Positions 27,670 through 43,740 are shown, counted from the first letter of the stretch. The stretch is DNA of 64,000 nt from Octopus vulgaris (GCA_951406725.2 OX597815.1:149172001-149236000), one strand, 5' to 3'. Notes: generated by a model not told the origin, from the sequence alone. Made by a program: numbers and translations.

Positions 27670-29323
27670 TTTTTTTCTTCTTGCAAATTTGCTTCCATTT
27701 CTTGCCGAGTGTCTTCCCGACTCCTAGGGCAAAAAAAACTCACAGTATACATTGGTAGGCCATTAAACAAAACTCAATTGTTCGTTCATTTTTTTTTTTT
27801 AAAGTTAAATTAAAATACATGAGCAGCAACAGTTCTCACATCGACAATGCTCTTCTCAATACGTGTGATGTACCAGTTAAGAAAATATTTTGCACTTCTT
27901 GCAGGGATGGTAAGCTGGGGATCATTCTCATATAATTTTTGGTTCCCTTCTTGATCATTCCTAGTGCTCCTACGATCACTGGTATTGTAACCGCCTTGAG
28001 ATGCCACATTTTCTCAATTTCAATTAGTAGGTCTTTATATTTTCTAAGCTTGTCAAACGCTTTCGGTGAGATATTATGATCACAGGGGATGCTCATGTCG
28101 ATCAATAAGCAAACTTTATTGTTTTGGTCTTTCACAACAATATCCGGTTTATTGGCCTTGATGGTTCGGTCTGTATGTACTGGAAAGTCCCACAGAATTG
28201 TTACATTTTCTCCTTCAGTCACAGCCTCAAGGTGGTGATTATACCACTTGTCGGCAGTTTTGATATTGTAATGCCGACTTATTAGCCAGGATGAAACCTT
28301 CGCTCTCTGCTTTTAGCCCTGAGCTCCGTAGCCACTGATGGGTTTGCTTCTGGTCAACATCAGCTTGCTTTGCTGCGGGCCACATATTTGCCGTGCAGAG
28401 GTTTCTCGTCCCACCTATCAGCCAATTGCTCGTGCGCTTTTTTCGTTGCCATTATTTTCACCTTCTTTGCAACAATAGTTGCCGTACTTCCCTCAGGTTG
28501 TTCAGTATGGGTATCCTGCACGAGATCAACAGCAAATTTTTTGCTTTCCTTTATGATAGAATGGAAGCTTCTTTCGTCTCTCGTGATTTTCTACGAGATT
28601 TAGCATCCAGTCATTTGTTATTTCGAGATATTTGGCCAGTCCCATTGTGGTTGTTTTGTAAGCTAGTTCAAATTGGATCAGGCCTCGACCTCCTCGGGAT
28701 CTGGGAAGGTAAAGGCGATCTACGTCTGCCTTTGGGTGGTGCATCCTATTGCAACTCAGCAGCTTGCGTATTTTCCTATCTATATTCTTTACTTCACTCA
28801 CATTCCAGTTCAACACATTGTAGCTATAAGTAACAACTGGAACTCCTAAGGAATTTATAGCTAACACCTTGCTACGTGCATTTAGTTCAGATTTCAGGAC
28901 TGCACGAACTCTCCTAAAACATTCCTTCCTTACCTTCTTTTTCATGCTTGCATGCTGAATACCAGAGCCTTCATTTATCCCTAAATATTTGTAGGTTTGT
29001 TCTTGCTCAAGCTCTCTTATGACTGTGTCAACATCTAACACGACTGAATTTGTGGTCTCCACTTTCCTTTCTGGAAAGTGGCCTTGGCACACTTCTCAAT
29101 TCCAAACCCCATCCCGATGTCATCGCTGAATGCTTTCACAGTGCGCAATAGACCTTCAAGTTCATTATTGTCTTTACCATAAAGTTTTAAGTCATCCATA
29201 TAAAATAGATGGCTTTTTTTTTTTATTGGCAATTTTATACCCATACCCTGTTCTGTTTAGTTCACTTGTAAGGGGTATTAGGGCTACGCAGAATATTAGA
29301 TGTGAAAGTGAGTCACCTTGAAA
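27670..29323 (-). mobile_element. R4/Dong family 2, 5'-truncated, CCHC knuckle deleted
   Basis: Minus-strand ORFs with YMDD and KPDIVV; 3' UTR nearly identical to 43577-43740; (TTA)n on both plus-strand flanks. Confidence 0.92.
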
Positions 29324-29327
29324 AAAA

Positions 29328-29376
<49 letters not shown>

Positions 29377-29377
29377 G

Positions 29378-29835
29378 ATATCACACATCATAAAATATCG
29401 TGAGTTAGTTGATTGAAGATATTGTGTCTACCGGGGGTTTGTACTGTTTGTCAAGTCACAACAAGGACCTCAATCAGACAGTACTTTTTGCCAAGTGCGT
29501 GCAGTTCCCAGTAACGTCGACCTTTGCAACACACCTAGATTTCTAAAGTTTTCAGATGATTTCTTTTTCAGATTGGTTTGTATTGAACTCAATGCTCCGA
29601 TGACAATAGTGAAAACCTTTATGTTTGACCCAAGTAGCTGCCATATCTTAGCTATCTCAATTCTGAGGTCTACACACCTATTATTCTTTTCTCTTCCTTT
29701 CATGATGATATATTGATCTGGCACTGCCACGTCAATTATTTGTCCCTCCTAGAAGTTATTTTATCCGGGCTTCGGTTCTTTAATACTCTGTCTGTCTAGA
29801 AGTCAAACATTCCAGATGACTTTAGCCTTCCTCTT
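29378..29835 (-). mobile_element. R4/Dong-like RLE 3' end, family 5
   Basis: ORF 29470-29730 ..DLRIEIAKIW..IVIGAL..LQRSTLLGTARTWQKVL*; (TTA)n flanks. Confidence 0.8.
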
Positions 29836-30184
29836 TATTATGAATATTATTATTATTGCTGTTGTTATCATTATTGGTACTTGACCATTTTGTGCCCTTT
29901 ATTATCGAACATATTATTGCACCACGATCACTAGCTGTCGCAGGAGCAGCAGCAGCAGCATCAGTAACAGTAGTAACAGCAGTAGCAGCAGCAGTAGTAG
30001 TAGTGATATTAGTAGTAATAATATTAGTAGTTGTAGTGTTGTTGTTGTTGCTGGTAGTGGTGTTAGTAGTAGTGTGTGAGCTGCAGTGGAGGATTTTGCT
30101 TTAGTAATAGACGTAGTATTGGTGATGCATCTTGATTAACGAAAAGCAAAAAATGTAACAAAATAATGACTCCTTCCATTTGCC

Positions 30185-30234
<50 letters not shown>

Positions 30235-30675
30235 TAATAATAATAATAATAAATAATAGCAACAATAATCACAACATATCTAACAATGGCTGTGTCCTCA
30301 ATAATATTTTCAGCCTGTTTTCTCTCACTTTTTTTCTTCACATTTACATGTTCAATACATAAAAAATAATGCGGCAAGTGAATGTGATATGAATATAACT
30401 TACAGAAAAATATATAAAGTATAAGCAAAATTCAGTTAATATACAATATGTTTTGACATAACACATGCTGGTGAGGTTAGATATGTAATATAACAGAATA
30501 AAATGTCATATATTTATTTGATACAAGGAAAATGAAAATAAAAATGGTTACTTCTGCGTATCGAATGTAAGTGTAACTAATAAAATTAAGCAGACATATA
30601 GGCATGACTTTGTAAGTATGATTGCGTGCAAGTATGTATATAAGACCTTGTGTGAGTGTGTGTACGTATATATAT

Positions 30676-30752
<77 letters not shown>

Positions 30753-30814
30753 TATATAGGCGAATACCATTCTATATATTTTATTTACATACATACTTAT
30801 ATAACTGCACATAT

Positions 30815-30864
<50 letters not shown>

Positions 30865-30899
30865 GTCTGTGAATATACGTATATGTATATAGATATATG

Positions 30900-30942
<43 letters not shown>

Positions 30943-30983
30943 GTATATATATATACACACACACACAATATATATATATATAT

Positions 30984-31018
<35 letters not shown>

Positions 31019-31499
31019 TGTGCAGAAAACTCTCAGTGATACATTTTTGATATTGATGGAGTTGTAAAGCTTTATACGTTCGTGTAAGATATTGTGCGAA
31101 GTACGATTCTTTCTCTTTTTCAACATTATGTTAATGTAACCGAAGTAGATATAACATGAAAACTAGAAGAAACTTTTTGCAAATATCGGTTTTTTAGTGG
31201 TGCGCTGGGTTTCTATATTCAAGGTCAACATTTTTGACCGTAGGAAATTAATGGAGGTTGGATATTTACACTCACCGAAACAAAAATATGCAGCAAACTC
31301 TTTATGGAAAATGAATACAATTTTCAATCCTTTGTTTCCCTCCATTCCTCTATCCCTCAATTTCTCTCATCTTGTCTTATGGCAGCATGTGCTACTTCCC
31401 ATTTTAAATTGCTCGGATTTCCAGTTACTGGTCTGCAGAGAGCATTGCTTTATACCTTAGATAATGCAAGTTCATAACCAACATATTGTATTATTATTA

Positions 31500-31627
<128 letters not shown>

Positions 31628-34280
31628 CTATGTTTGACTTTTGCTTTATATTTGTACAAGTTGGCTCCAAGTCTCACCCAGAGACCTCAAGAGGCAACAG
31701 GTTGGAAGTTCGTATTGTTGTTATGCCTACTGTGCCATATATTTGGTTTGGTATTTAGTGTTGTACTAGTGAATGCCTAAAAAAAACGAAAGTTATATTT
31801 GTTTTAGCACTTGAGGTTACATAGAAAGTATTTTGCGTAGGATATGAGCAGTTCCCATGAGCACTATCTTGTGAATTTCTGCCATTTTCGGGTTTCCTGG
31901 TATCTGAGTTAGTTAGCGATCAGCCCCTTTTGCTATCATTCCCAGGGCACCTATGACAACAGGTATTGTTTTAGTCTTCAGGTTCCACATTTTGCTGATT
32001 TCTATTTCAAGATCTTTATATTTGCTCAGTGTTTGGTAAGTCTTGACAGATACGTTTTTATTTATTGGGACAGTCATATCAATGAGCAGGCATGTTCTTT
32101 GTTTGAAGTCTTTCAATATGATTTGGTGGAGGCGTAATGGCCCAGTGGTTAGGTCAGCGGACTCGCGGTCGTAGGATCGCGGTTTCGATTCCCAGACCGG
32201 GCGTTGTGAGTGTTTATTAAGCGAAAACACTTAAAAGCTCCACGAGTCTCCGGCAGGGATGGTGGTGATCCCTGCTGTACTCTTTCACCACAACTTTCTC
32301 TCACTCTTACTTCCTGTTTCTGTTGTACCTGTATTTCAAAGGGTCGGCCTTGTCACTTTCTGTGTCACGCTGAATATCCCCGAGAAATACGTTAAGGGTA
32401 CACGTGTCTGTGGAGTGCTCAGCCACTTACTCGTTAATTTCACGAGCAGGCTGTTCCGTTGATCGGATCAACCGGAACCCTCGTCGTCGTAACCGACGGA
32501 CTGCTTCCATCAATATGATGTCTGGCCTATTGGCATCTATATTTCTTTCAGTTTGAATGGGGAAGTTTCAGAGGAGTGAGATGTGGTCATTTTCAAGCAC
32601 TGGAGGTGGTTTGTGTTCCCTCCAGTTTTTTCATGGGGCAAATCCAGGTTTTTACGGATTACCCAGTGTATATATTGTGCAGCTCTATCATGCCTGTTGA
32701 AATACTCTGTAGGCGCTAAAAGACTGCACTTGGAGACAACATGATCAACGGTATCATGTTGTTGTTGACATACACCACATGTTGTGCAACTGCCGTTCTT
32801 TAATATGTTGGCCTGGTAGTTCCTTGTTAGTAGGCACTGATCTTGAGCTGCTATGATAAAACTTTCTGTTTCAGATTTTAAGCTAGAGGCCATTAGCCAT
32901 TGATGTGTCAGGGCATGTTCAACAACTGCATTATTCGCTCTCTTTGGGTATTTGCCATTTATCATTCAGAATATCTAAGGCAGCAGTTTTAGCACGGGCT
33001 TTCATGCGTTTAGCTTTTTTCTGTGCATGTTTCTTGTATGTCTAATTCCTAAATTTGTTGTATTCGGAATTCACTTAGATATTCCTTTGCCTGTTTTCTT
33101 ACTGAGTATGATGCTTTCTTGTTTTCATGTTTTGAGACAAGTTTTAACATCCTGTCCTCAGAGTTTTTAGGTAGGTGTCTCAGTCAATTGTAGCATTCTT
33201 CATTGTTATTGCCAGTTGTAAAAGTCCTCGGCCTCCCTCTTTTCTTGGCAGATAAAGTCGTTTTATATCTGCCTTAGTGTGGTGCATTCTATGCATTGTT
33301 AACAGTTTTCGTATTTTTCTGTCAAGATTACATATTTCAGTAATTGACCTGTTAACGATGTTGAAACTGTATGGTATGGCTAAAGCATTGATCGCTTCGA
33401 TCCAGTTTCTTGCATTTAGCTCTGTCTTGAGTATTGGTCTTACTCTGCGATAACATTCTCTCCTGATCCTTCCCTTCATCACTGAATGCCTTATTCCTTC
33501 CCCTTCAATTACACCTAGGTACTTGTAGCTCCCCACTGGGTCTAATTCTTTTATGACATTCTGCTGGTCAAGGTTAACGTTAGATGTTTCTGACATTTTT
33601 CCTTTGATAAAGGTAGCTTTTGCACATTTATCGAGGCCAAATTGCATTCTGATGTCATCGCTGAATTGTTTAACAATCGTTAGTAAGCCCCTGAGATGAT
33701 GGTCATTTTTTGCAAAGAGCTTTAAAGCATCCATGTAAATGAGATGATTTATATTTTTATCAAACATTTTATATCCGTACTGCACGTCATTGATCAATTT
33801 TGAGAGAAGTATTAGGGCTAAACAAAAGAGGAGTGGTGATAATGAGTCACCCTGGAAAATGCCACATGAAATTTTTACATTACCAGCATTTAAAGATTCA
33901 TTGTCACTGTTCAAAGTTAGTGTGGTTCTCCATGATCTCATACATACAGACAAAATGTTTCGCAGTGTAGGTGCTATTTTATACATTTCCAGGCATTTCT
34001 TAATCCAGCTATGTGGTAGGTTATCAAAACCTTTTTATAGTCTATCCAGGCTATCGACAAGATTTTGTGTCGTTTGTGACAATCTTCTAAGACCATCTTA
34101 TTGATGAGTAGTTGATCTTTACAACCATAGGATCCACGTTTACATCCTTTCTGTTCATTAGGGAATATGCTGCTGTCTGTTAAAAACTATAGGTATATTC
34201 CGTCAGGACAGATGTTAACGTTTTATACATAGTTGTTAAGCAGGTTATGCCTCTATAGTTTTTGGGTCATTTGTTTCTTC
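31628..34280 (-). mobile_element. R4/Dong family 3, 5'-truncated, interrupted by a SINE
   Basis: GIFQGDSLSPL, YMDA (mutated YMDD), CGVC...H...C, RHD, IDMTVP, KYKDL; (TTA)n flanks. Confidence 0.92.
32123..32509 (+). mobile_element. tRNA-derived SINE (type B head, alternative tail) with 10-bp TSD
   Basis: A and B boxes as at 15050; TSD TCAATATGAT at 32113-32122 and 32510-32519; interrupts the RLE region of the host LINE. Confidence 0.92.
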
Positions 34281-34732
<452 letters not shown>

Positions 34733-34742
34733 ATTATAATTA

Positions 34743-34809
<67 letters not shown>

Positions 34810-34816
34810 CATTAGA

Positions 34817-36664
<1,848 letters not shown>

Positions 36665-36717
36665 TATTATTATTATTATTATTATTATCATTATTTTTAT
36701 TATTATTAATATTATAA

Positions 36718-36844
<127 letters not shown>

Positions 36845-36845
36845 T

Positions 36846-36884
<39 letters not shown>

Positions 36885-36942
36885 GTTATTATTATTGTTA
36901 TTATTGATAATATTATTATCATTATTACTATTTTTATAATTA

Positions 36943-37500
36943 TTGAGAGAGCAGTGCATGCCATCATAGTGACACTGGGATAAAATATACGAAGCCCAAT
37001 ATACCCATCATGATTAGCTGTCTCATAAGGGTACACCAGGCATATGCATCACAACCATATGTGCGTGACATGGTGATCTCATATCAAGATAAACAGCGCA
37101 TGACCTTGCAGGTGGGGCCCAGTTAGAATTTTCTTCTGGTCGAGTAGCCCATCCCAATCAAAAGGTTCCTGAATAAGGATTGTTTAATGATGTTGAGCGA
37201 ACCACCTATGTTTCTAAAGGTGAATTATCCAAACTTCTAAGAATTCCTTTCAACATACGGCTGTGGTGCTCCCCCTCTACTTCTACTCATGGTCAGAGAT
37301 GCACATATCGTCAACCACTATAGGGACGTGCTTAACTGTTTAAGGTCAAACAACTGACAAGCAAATCTGTGGTATTGAGCAGAATATTTCCTGTAGCCCA
37401 TCACTTATGCGAAGACAAGACAATGTACATGATGACACTTTCAATCAGTAAAGATCAGCAGCCATGAGAGCCACTATCTGGTATTGCATCAGGGCAAATA
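36943..37500 (-). mobile_element. Non-coding interspersed repeat in (TAA)n, copy 2 (more complete)
   Basis: Homologous to 27066-27550; abuts (TTA)n at the same end. Confidence 0.85.
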
Positions 37501-37554
37501 TCATATTAATAATAATAGTAGTTATTATCATTATTATTATTATTAACATTATTT

Positions 37555-37970
37555 AGGCCAGATATAGTTGTCAGAGAATATGAACGGAAAAAAGGATTTC
37601 TAATTGATGTGTCAATACCAACAAATGACAACGTTTCTCTTAAACAAATGAAGAAACTTTCAAAATACAAAGACCTGGAAATAGAGGAAACTCGAATGTG
37701 GAATCTAAAAACAGAAACAATTCCTATCATAGTATGCTCACTAGGTATGATAAAAAAATATTCAGACAAATACATAACAAATCACCAGGACTTACAAATA
37801 TATACAACATATAGAAAATTGCACTACTGGGCACTGCACACATCCTACACAAAACACTTTCAATACAGTAACCATAAGATCATCACAGCAAACCACAGCA
37901 CATACCCAAGGCACACAGAGCTGCGCTCGGTAATGAAGTGAAGGCACGATATAAAAATAAAACTACTGAA
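37555..37970 (+). mobile_element. 3' end of R4/Dong family 1
   Basis: RPDIVV..DVSIP..KYKDL plus the family 1 3' UTR, followed by (AAC/TAA)n. Confidence 0.88.
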
Positions 37971-38059
37971 TAACAACAACAACAACAACAACAACAACAA
38001 TAATAATGATAATGATAATGATGATGATAATAATAATAATAATAACAATAATGATGATG

Positions 38060-38174
<115 letters not shown>

Positions 38175-38364
38175 GAAGAAGAAGAAGAAGAAAAGAGCGC
38201 CAGCCTTAACAGCGGCTGGACGTGTTCCTCACTGCTCTGACAGTTCGGTGGCTGAAAGCCATAGAAACACTAATATGGGCCAGTTTAGCAACGGGGAAAA
38301 ATAACTCTCAAAGACTGGAAAATCTACAATACCTCGTGAGTATTTGAAATTCTCTTCAAAGTGG

Positions 38365-39263
38365 GTTAAGAAATTTACAAATTTACATATCTGCAGCTTT
38401 CAAACATACATCCGATCGGCTTTAAAAACTTTAATACCCACAACTGCCTCTGTAAGCACCCTTTTTTTTTCTTCTCTCTAAAAACATCACGCTTTTCTTT
38501 TTGTGGACTTGCAAAACCCTAAAACTTTCTATGAAAATCTGACTTTTCTTTGCTTCCTCCCAGAATATTCAAATATAAATGTAAACAATACTCTTTATTG
38601 CAAAAACACACCTGTTCTTCTAACTGGACATACAAACATCTCTAGAGGGGTCAACTTCAACCTCCACAATATTACCTTGCACGAAATATACAAACACTTT
38701 TTATTGCAATAACACAAACGCACATGGAAAAAATAATGATGCTAAGATTCTCTCTGGTCGAACACAGCATCTCTATTCACAAATAATACAGAACAGCCCT
38801 TCAAAATAAGTTAAGAAAATTTACAAATTTACATGTCTACATTTTTCAATCATACATTCGACCAGCTTTAAAAACTTTGATACCCACAATTGCCTCTGTA
38901 AACATCCTTTATTTTTCTCTTCTTCTCTCTAAAAACATCACGCTTTTCTTTTTGTGGACTTACAAAACCCTAAAACTTTCTATGAAATCTGACTTTTCTT
39001 TGCTTCCTCCCTGAATATTCAAATATAAATGTAAACATATACTTTTTATTGTAAAAACACACCTGTTCTTCTAACTGGACATACAAACATCTCTAGAAAA
39101 GTCAACTTCAACCTCCACAATATTACCTTACAGGAAATATACAAACACTTTTTATTGCAATAACACAAACGCACATGGAAAAAAACAAAAAAAAAATGAT
39201 GATGCTAAGATTCTCTCTGGTCGAACACAACTTCTCTTTTCACAAACAATACAGAACAGCCCT
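38365..39263. repeat. Tandem duplication of a ~445-bp unit
   Basis: Units begin GTTAAGAAA(A)TTTACAAATTTACAT at 38365 and 38810 and end ..ACAGAACAGCCC; highly similar. Confidence 0.9.
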
Positions 39264-39729
39264 TCCTTAATTTTTCTTAAGCCTAATAGTAGTAAACATC
39301 TGAACTTTTTTTGACCGATAGGACCCCACCTAAAAAAAACAACAAATATCACTGATGGCGATGGTGATGATGGTGATGATGATAATAATGATAGTAATAG
39401 TGCTGATAATCTATCTATCTATCTACACACACACACACACACTCAAAGAGTTCAACCAACACAAAGAAAGTATTATTTGACAGGCAAGAACTCTGGTGTT
39501 GAAGACAGTCAGCCAGCCAACCACCAAGCCAGCCAACGAGACAGACAGACACCGCTGTGATGGTGATAATGATAAAAAAACAAAAATAACAATAATAAGA
39601 TACTGCTGTGACTACACATAAAACAATATCATTGATGATGTTGGTGGTGATGGTGATGATGATAATGATGATGGTAATGGTGGTGATAATGATGATAGTG
39701 ATGGTAATGGTGATGATAATAACAATAAT

Positions 39730-42700
39730 AATCCGACTACGGCTACTATAATGGTACGATTATAATTGTAACGGCAATGATGGCCGTCTCCCCACGAGCC
39801 AATCAAAGCTAAAAAATGATAACATTATCGTAGCACCAAAATGTGTTTGGAAACTAAAAGGAAAACTAAATCAGTATACCAAATCGCTTGTCCTATGGTT
39901 AATCTGGAAGCGCGTCCGCCAGGGAAGAGCCAGCCTGGGATCGAAAAGTCATCAACTGGCACAAACTCTTCTCCGAATACGGACATGGATGGTCACTTGA
40001 ACGGGAAATCCCCCAACTCGAACCCTCCAAGTTCACCACCACAACCACCACAGAAAGAAAAATGTAAGCGGAACAAATGGACCCGAGAAGAGTATAAAGA
40101 AGTAATATACGCTTATTACTATGCATTAGGTAGGCCATCTCAAGAGAGACACACCGCAAACTCTTACAGTATATGGAGAACACGGAATCAAGACAGTAGG
40201 CCCTATTTGGACGAGAACAAATTAGCAAATGTGAGGAGGGATATCCTTAGAAATAACAGACTCACAGACAGTGAAATAAGCGCGATCAAGCACGCAACGG
40301 AAAATGACATAAATATAAGACACAAAGGAAATGAAGAATCAGATGAACAGTATAGCCCGCCACGAGGCTTAATTGAAAGACTGCCATCTCACCAAAGTAC
40401 GCAAAGGCCTGAAGATACAAGAAATTCTATTGTACCTGTTAAAGATAGCCAGGAAAACGAAAAAACAACAGTAACTGAAGATCTCGCATTTGCTGAAGAA
40501 CACAGAAAGTCTATGGCAGAAATGAGGCAGAAAATCCTGAATACGCTTGAAGTTGTACCTGTTAAAGATAGCCAGGAAAACGAAAGAAAAACAGTAACTG
40601 AAGTTCTCGCATTTGCTGAAGAACACAGAGAGTCTATGGAAGAAATGAGGCAGAAAATCCTGAATACGCTTGAAGTTGTAAGACATACAAGTATGAATGA
40701 TAGAGAACCACTTCATAAACTCTCAAATACAAACCAAAATAAAAAACAAATCCAAATTGGCAACTATGTAACAAATGAAATAATACGAGAATTAAAACCT
40801 GATTGTACTGAGTTAAATGAAGTTATTTACGCTTCTGCTAGGGCTATTGAAACCAGCTGTATGCCCCCGAAAAAACTAAGAAAACAAAACCTGGGAAGAA
40901 ATCAAACCTGGAGAAGTAAAATTGAAAAAGAGATTGAATTTATGAGAGGGGAAATATCAATATTAAATGAACTAATATGTGGAAATGATGTAAGATCCAG
41001 AACAGGAAGAAAGATGAAGAGAAAATTTGGATCCTCACCAAGAGAAAAACTGATATCAATAAAAGAAACGCTGAAACAAAAAGTCCAAGCAAAAGCCCAA
41101 AGAATACGAAGATTTGAGAAGAGAAACAAGTTTTACAAGCAAAATAAGCTGTTCACATCCAATGCCAAAAAATTCTACAGAGAAATAGGGAAGGAGAAAG
41201 TAACCGTTAAAGACGCCCCTCCCATGGAAGAAGTTCAAAACTTTTGGAAAAGGATTTGGAGTGACAAGAAGACGTACAACATAAACGCAGACTGGATTAT
41301 ACAAACTGAAGGATCCTACCAAAATTTACAACAACAAGCATGGGAAGACATCACAATAGCAGACCTAAGAAAGGCACTCACGAAGGCCCATAATTGGAAG
41401 TCCCCCGGTAAAGATAGGGTTACGAATTTCTGGCTCACATCGCTCCCAGGCGCACACGGTAAGCTAGTTCAGCTGCTCAATGGAATTATGAGAGACCCAA
41501 AGAAAACACCTGAATGGTTAGCAAGTGGCATTACTTACCTACTCCCACAGAATAACGAAACCAACCTTCCAAAAAACTATCGGCCTATAACCTGTCTATC
41601 CACCACGTATAAAATCCTAATATCTATCCTGGCGGAGAAAACATGCATTCATGGAGAAGAACGATATTTTCCCCATTGAACAAAAAGGGTGCCGCCGAGG
41701 CTCTTACGGATGCAAAGATCAACTGCTAATCAATCGTATGATCCTTCAGAACTGTCACAAGCGCAGAAATCTCAGCACCGCATGGATTGACTACAAAAAG
41801 GCCTTCGACAGTATACCACATCCATGGATCTTGAGATAGCTGGACATCTTCAAAATTTCCCCTGTGATTTCAAACTTCCTGAAGCACAATATGTCGTTGT
41901 GGAATACGAATCTCCAATTATACCACTCTAATGGAGTACTTGCCTCAGAAAATATAAACATCAACTGTGGAATTTTTCAAGGTGACTCGCTTTCACCTTT
42001 AATATTCTGCACAGCCCTAATACCCCTTACAAGTGAATTAAACAGAACAGGGTATGGGTATAAAATTGCCAATAAAAAAATAAGCCATCTATTTTATATG
42101 GATGACTTAAAACTTTATGGTAAAGACAATAATGAACTTGAAGGCCTATTGCGCACCGTGAAAGCATTCAGCGATGACATCAGAAAGGGAAATTGAAGAC
42201 CACAATTCAGTGGTGTTAGATGTTGACACAGTCATAAGAGAGCTTGAGCAAGAACAAACATACAAATATTTAGGGATAAATGAAGGCTCTGGTATTCAGC
42301 ATGCAAGCATGAAAGAGAAAATCAGGAAGGAATGTTATAGGAGAGTTCGTGCAGTCCTGAAATCTGAACTAAATGCACGTAACAAGGTGTTAGCTATAAA
42401 TTCCTTAGCAGTTCCAGTTGTTACTTATAGCTACAATGTGATGAACTGGAATATGAGTGAAGTAAAGAATATAGATAGAAAAATACGCAAGCTGCTGAGT
42501 TGTAATAGGATGCACCATCCAAAGGCAGACGTAGATCGCCTTTACCTTCCCAGAGACCAAGGAGGTCGAGGCCTGATCCAATTGGACTGGCCAAATATCA
42601 CGAAATAACAAATGACTGGATGCTAAAGCTCGTGGAAAATCACGAGAGACGAAAGAAGCTTCATTCTATCATAAAGGAAAGCAAAAAATGTGCTATTGAT

Positions 42701-43739
42701 CTCGTGCAGGATACCCAAACTGAATAACCCGAGGGAAGTACGGCAACTATTGTTGCAAAGAATGTGAAAATGATGTCAATGAAGAAAGCGCACGAGCAAT
42801 TGGCTGATAGGTGGGAGGAGAAACCTCTGCACGGCAAATATGTGACCCGCAGCAAACAAGCTGATGTTGACCAGAAGCAAACCCATCAGTGGCTACGGAG
42901 CTCAGGGCTAAAAGCAGAGAACGAAGGTTTCATCCTGGCTGCTCAAGATCAAAGCCTATTAACCCGGAACTACCAGGCCAATGTGATGAAAAATGGAGCA
43001 GACCCAAAATGCCGATTCTGCAACGACATGATTGAAAAGGTGGACCACCTAATCTCTGGATGTAAAGTCTTAGCACCAGTGGAGTATAAATTAAGACTTG
43101 ACAGAGTTGGCCAATATCTACACTGGCTAATAAGTCGGCATTACAATATCAAAACTGCCGACAAGTGGTATAATTACCACCTTGAGGCTGTGACTGAAGG
43201 AGAAAATGTAACAATTCTGTGGGACTTTCCAGTACATACAGACCGAACCATCAAGGCCAATAAACCGGATATTGTTGTGAAAGACCAAAACAATAAAGTT
43301 TGCTTATTGATCGACATGAGCATCCCCTGTGATCATAATATCTCAGTGAAAGAGTTTGACAAGCTCAGAAAATATAAAGACCTACTAATTGAAATTGAGA
43401 AAATGTGGCATCTCAAGGCGGTTACAATACCAGTGATCGTAGGAGCACTAGGAATGATCAAGAAGGGAACCAAAAATTATATGAGAATGATCCCCAGCTT
43501 ACCATCCCTGCAAGAAGTGCAAAAGATTTTCTTAACTGGTACATCACACGTATTGAGAAGAGCATTGTCGATGTGAGAACTGTTGCTGCTCATGTATTTT
43601 AATTTAACTTAAAAAAAAAATGAACGAACAATTGAGTTTGGTTTAATGGCCTATCAATGTATACTATGAGTTTCTTTGCCCTAGGAGTCGGGAAGACACT
43701 CGGCAAGAAATGGATGCAAAATTGAAAGAAGAAAAAAAA

Positions 43740-43740
<1 letters not shown>
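39730..43740 (+). mobile_element. Full-length R4/Dong-like element, family 2
   Basis: N-terminal KWTREEYKEVIYAYY..W..RN...KLANVRRDIL (R4-type Myb-like domain), RT (YMDD), CRFC...H...C, KPDIVV, IDMSIP, KYKDL, 3' UTR, then (TAA)n. Confidence 0.93.
39841..43576 (+). pseudogene. Single-ORF Myb-like/RT/CCHC/RLE polyprotein, broken by frameshifts and stops
   Basis: Consecutive ORF pieces 39841-41679, 41651-41839, 41864-42196, 42174-42608 and 42764-43576. Confidence 0.9.

Noticed and set aside
29930-30080. Poly-Ala/Val hydrophobic ORF 29856-30104
   Set aside because: Compound (GCA)(GTA)(GTT) microsatellite.
39733-39840. HDV-like ribozyme in the 5' UTR of the full-length R4 element
   Set aside because: CGT-CTCCCC-ACG and GCTAA are suggestive, but P1 is only 4 bp, there is no P1.1 GG or convincing P2, and competing hairpins exist.
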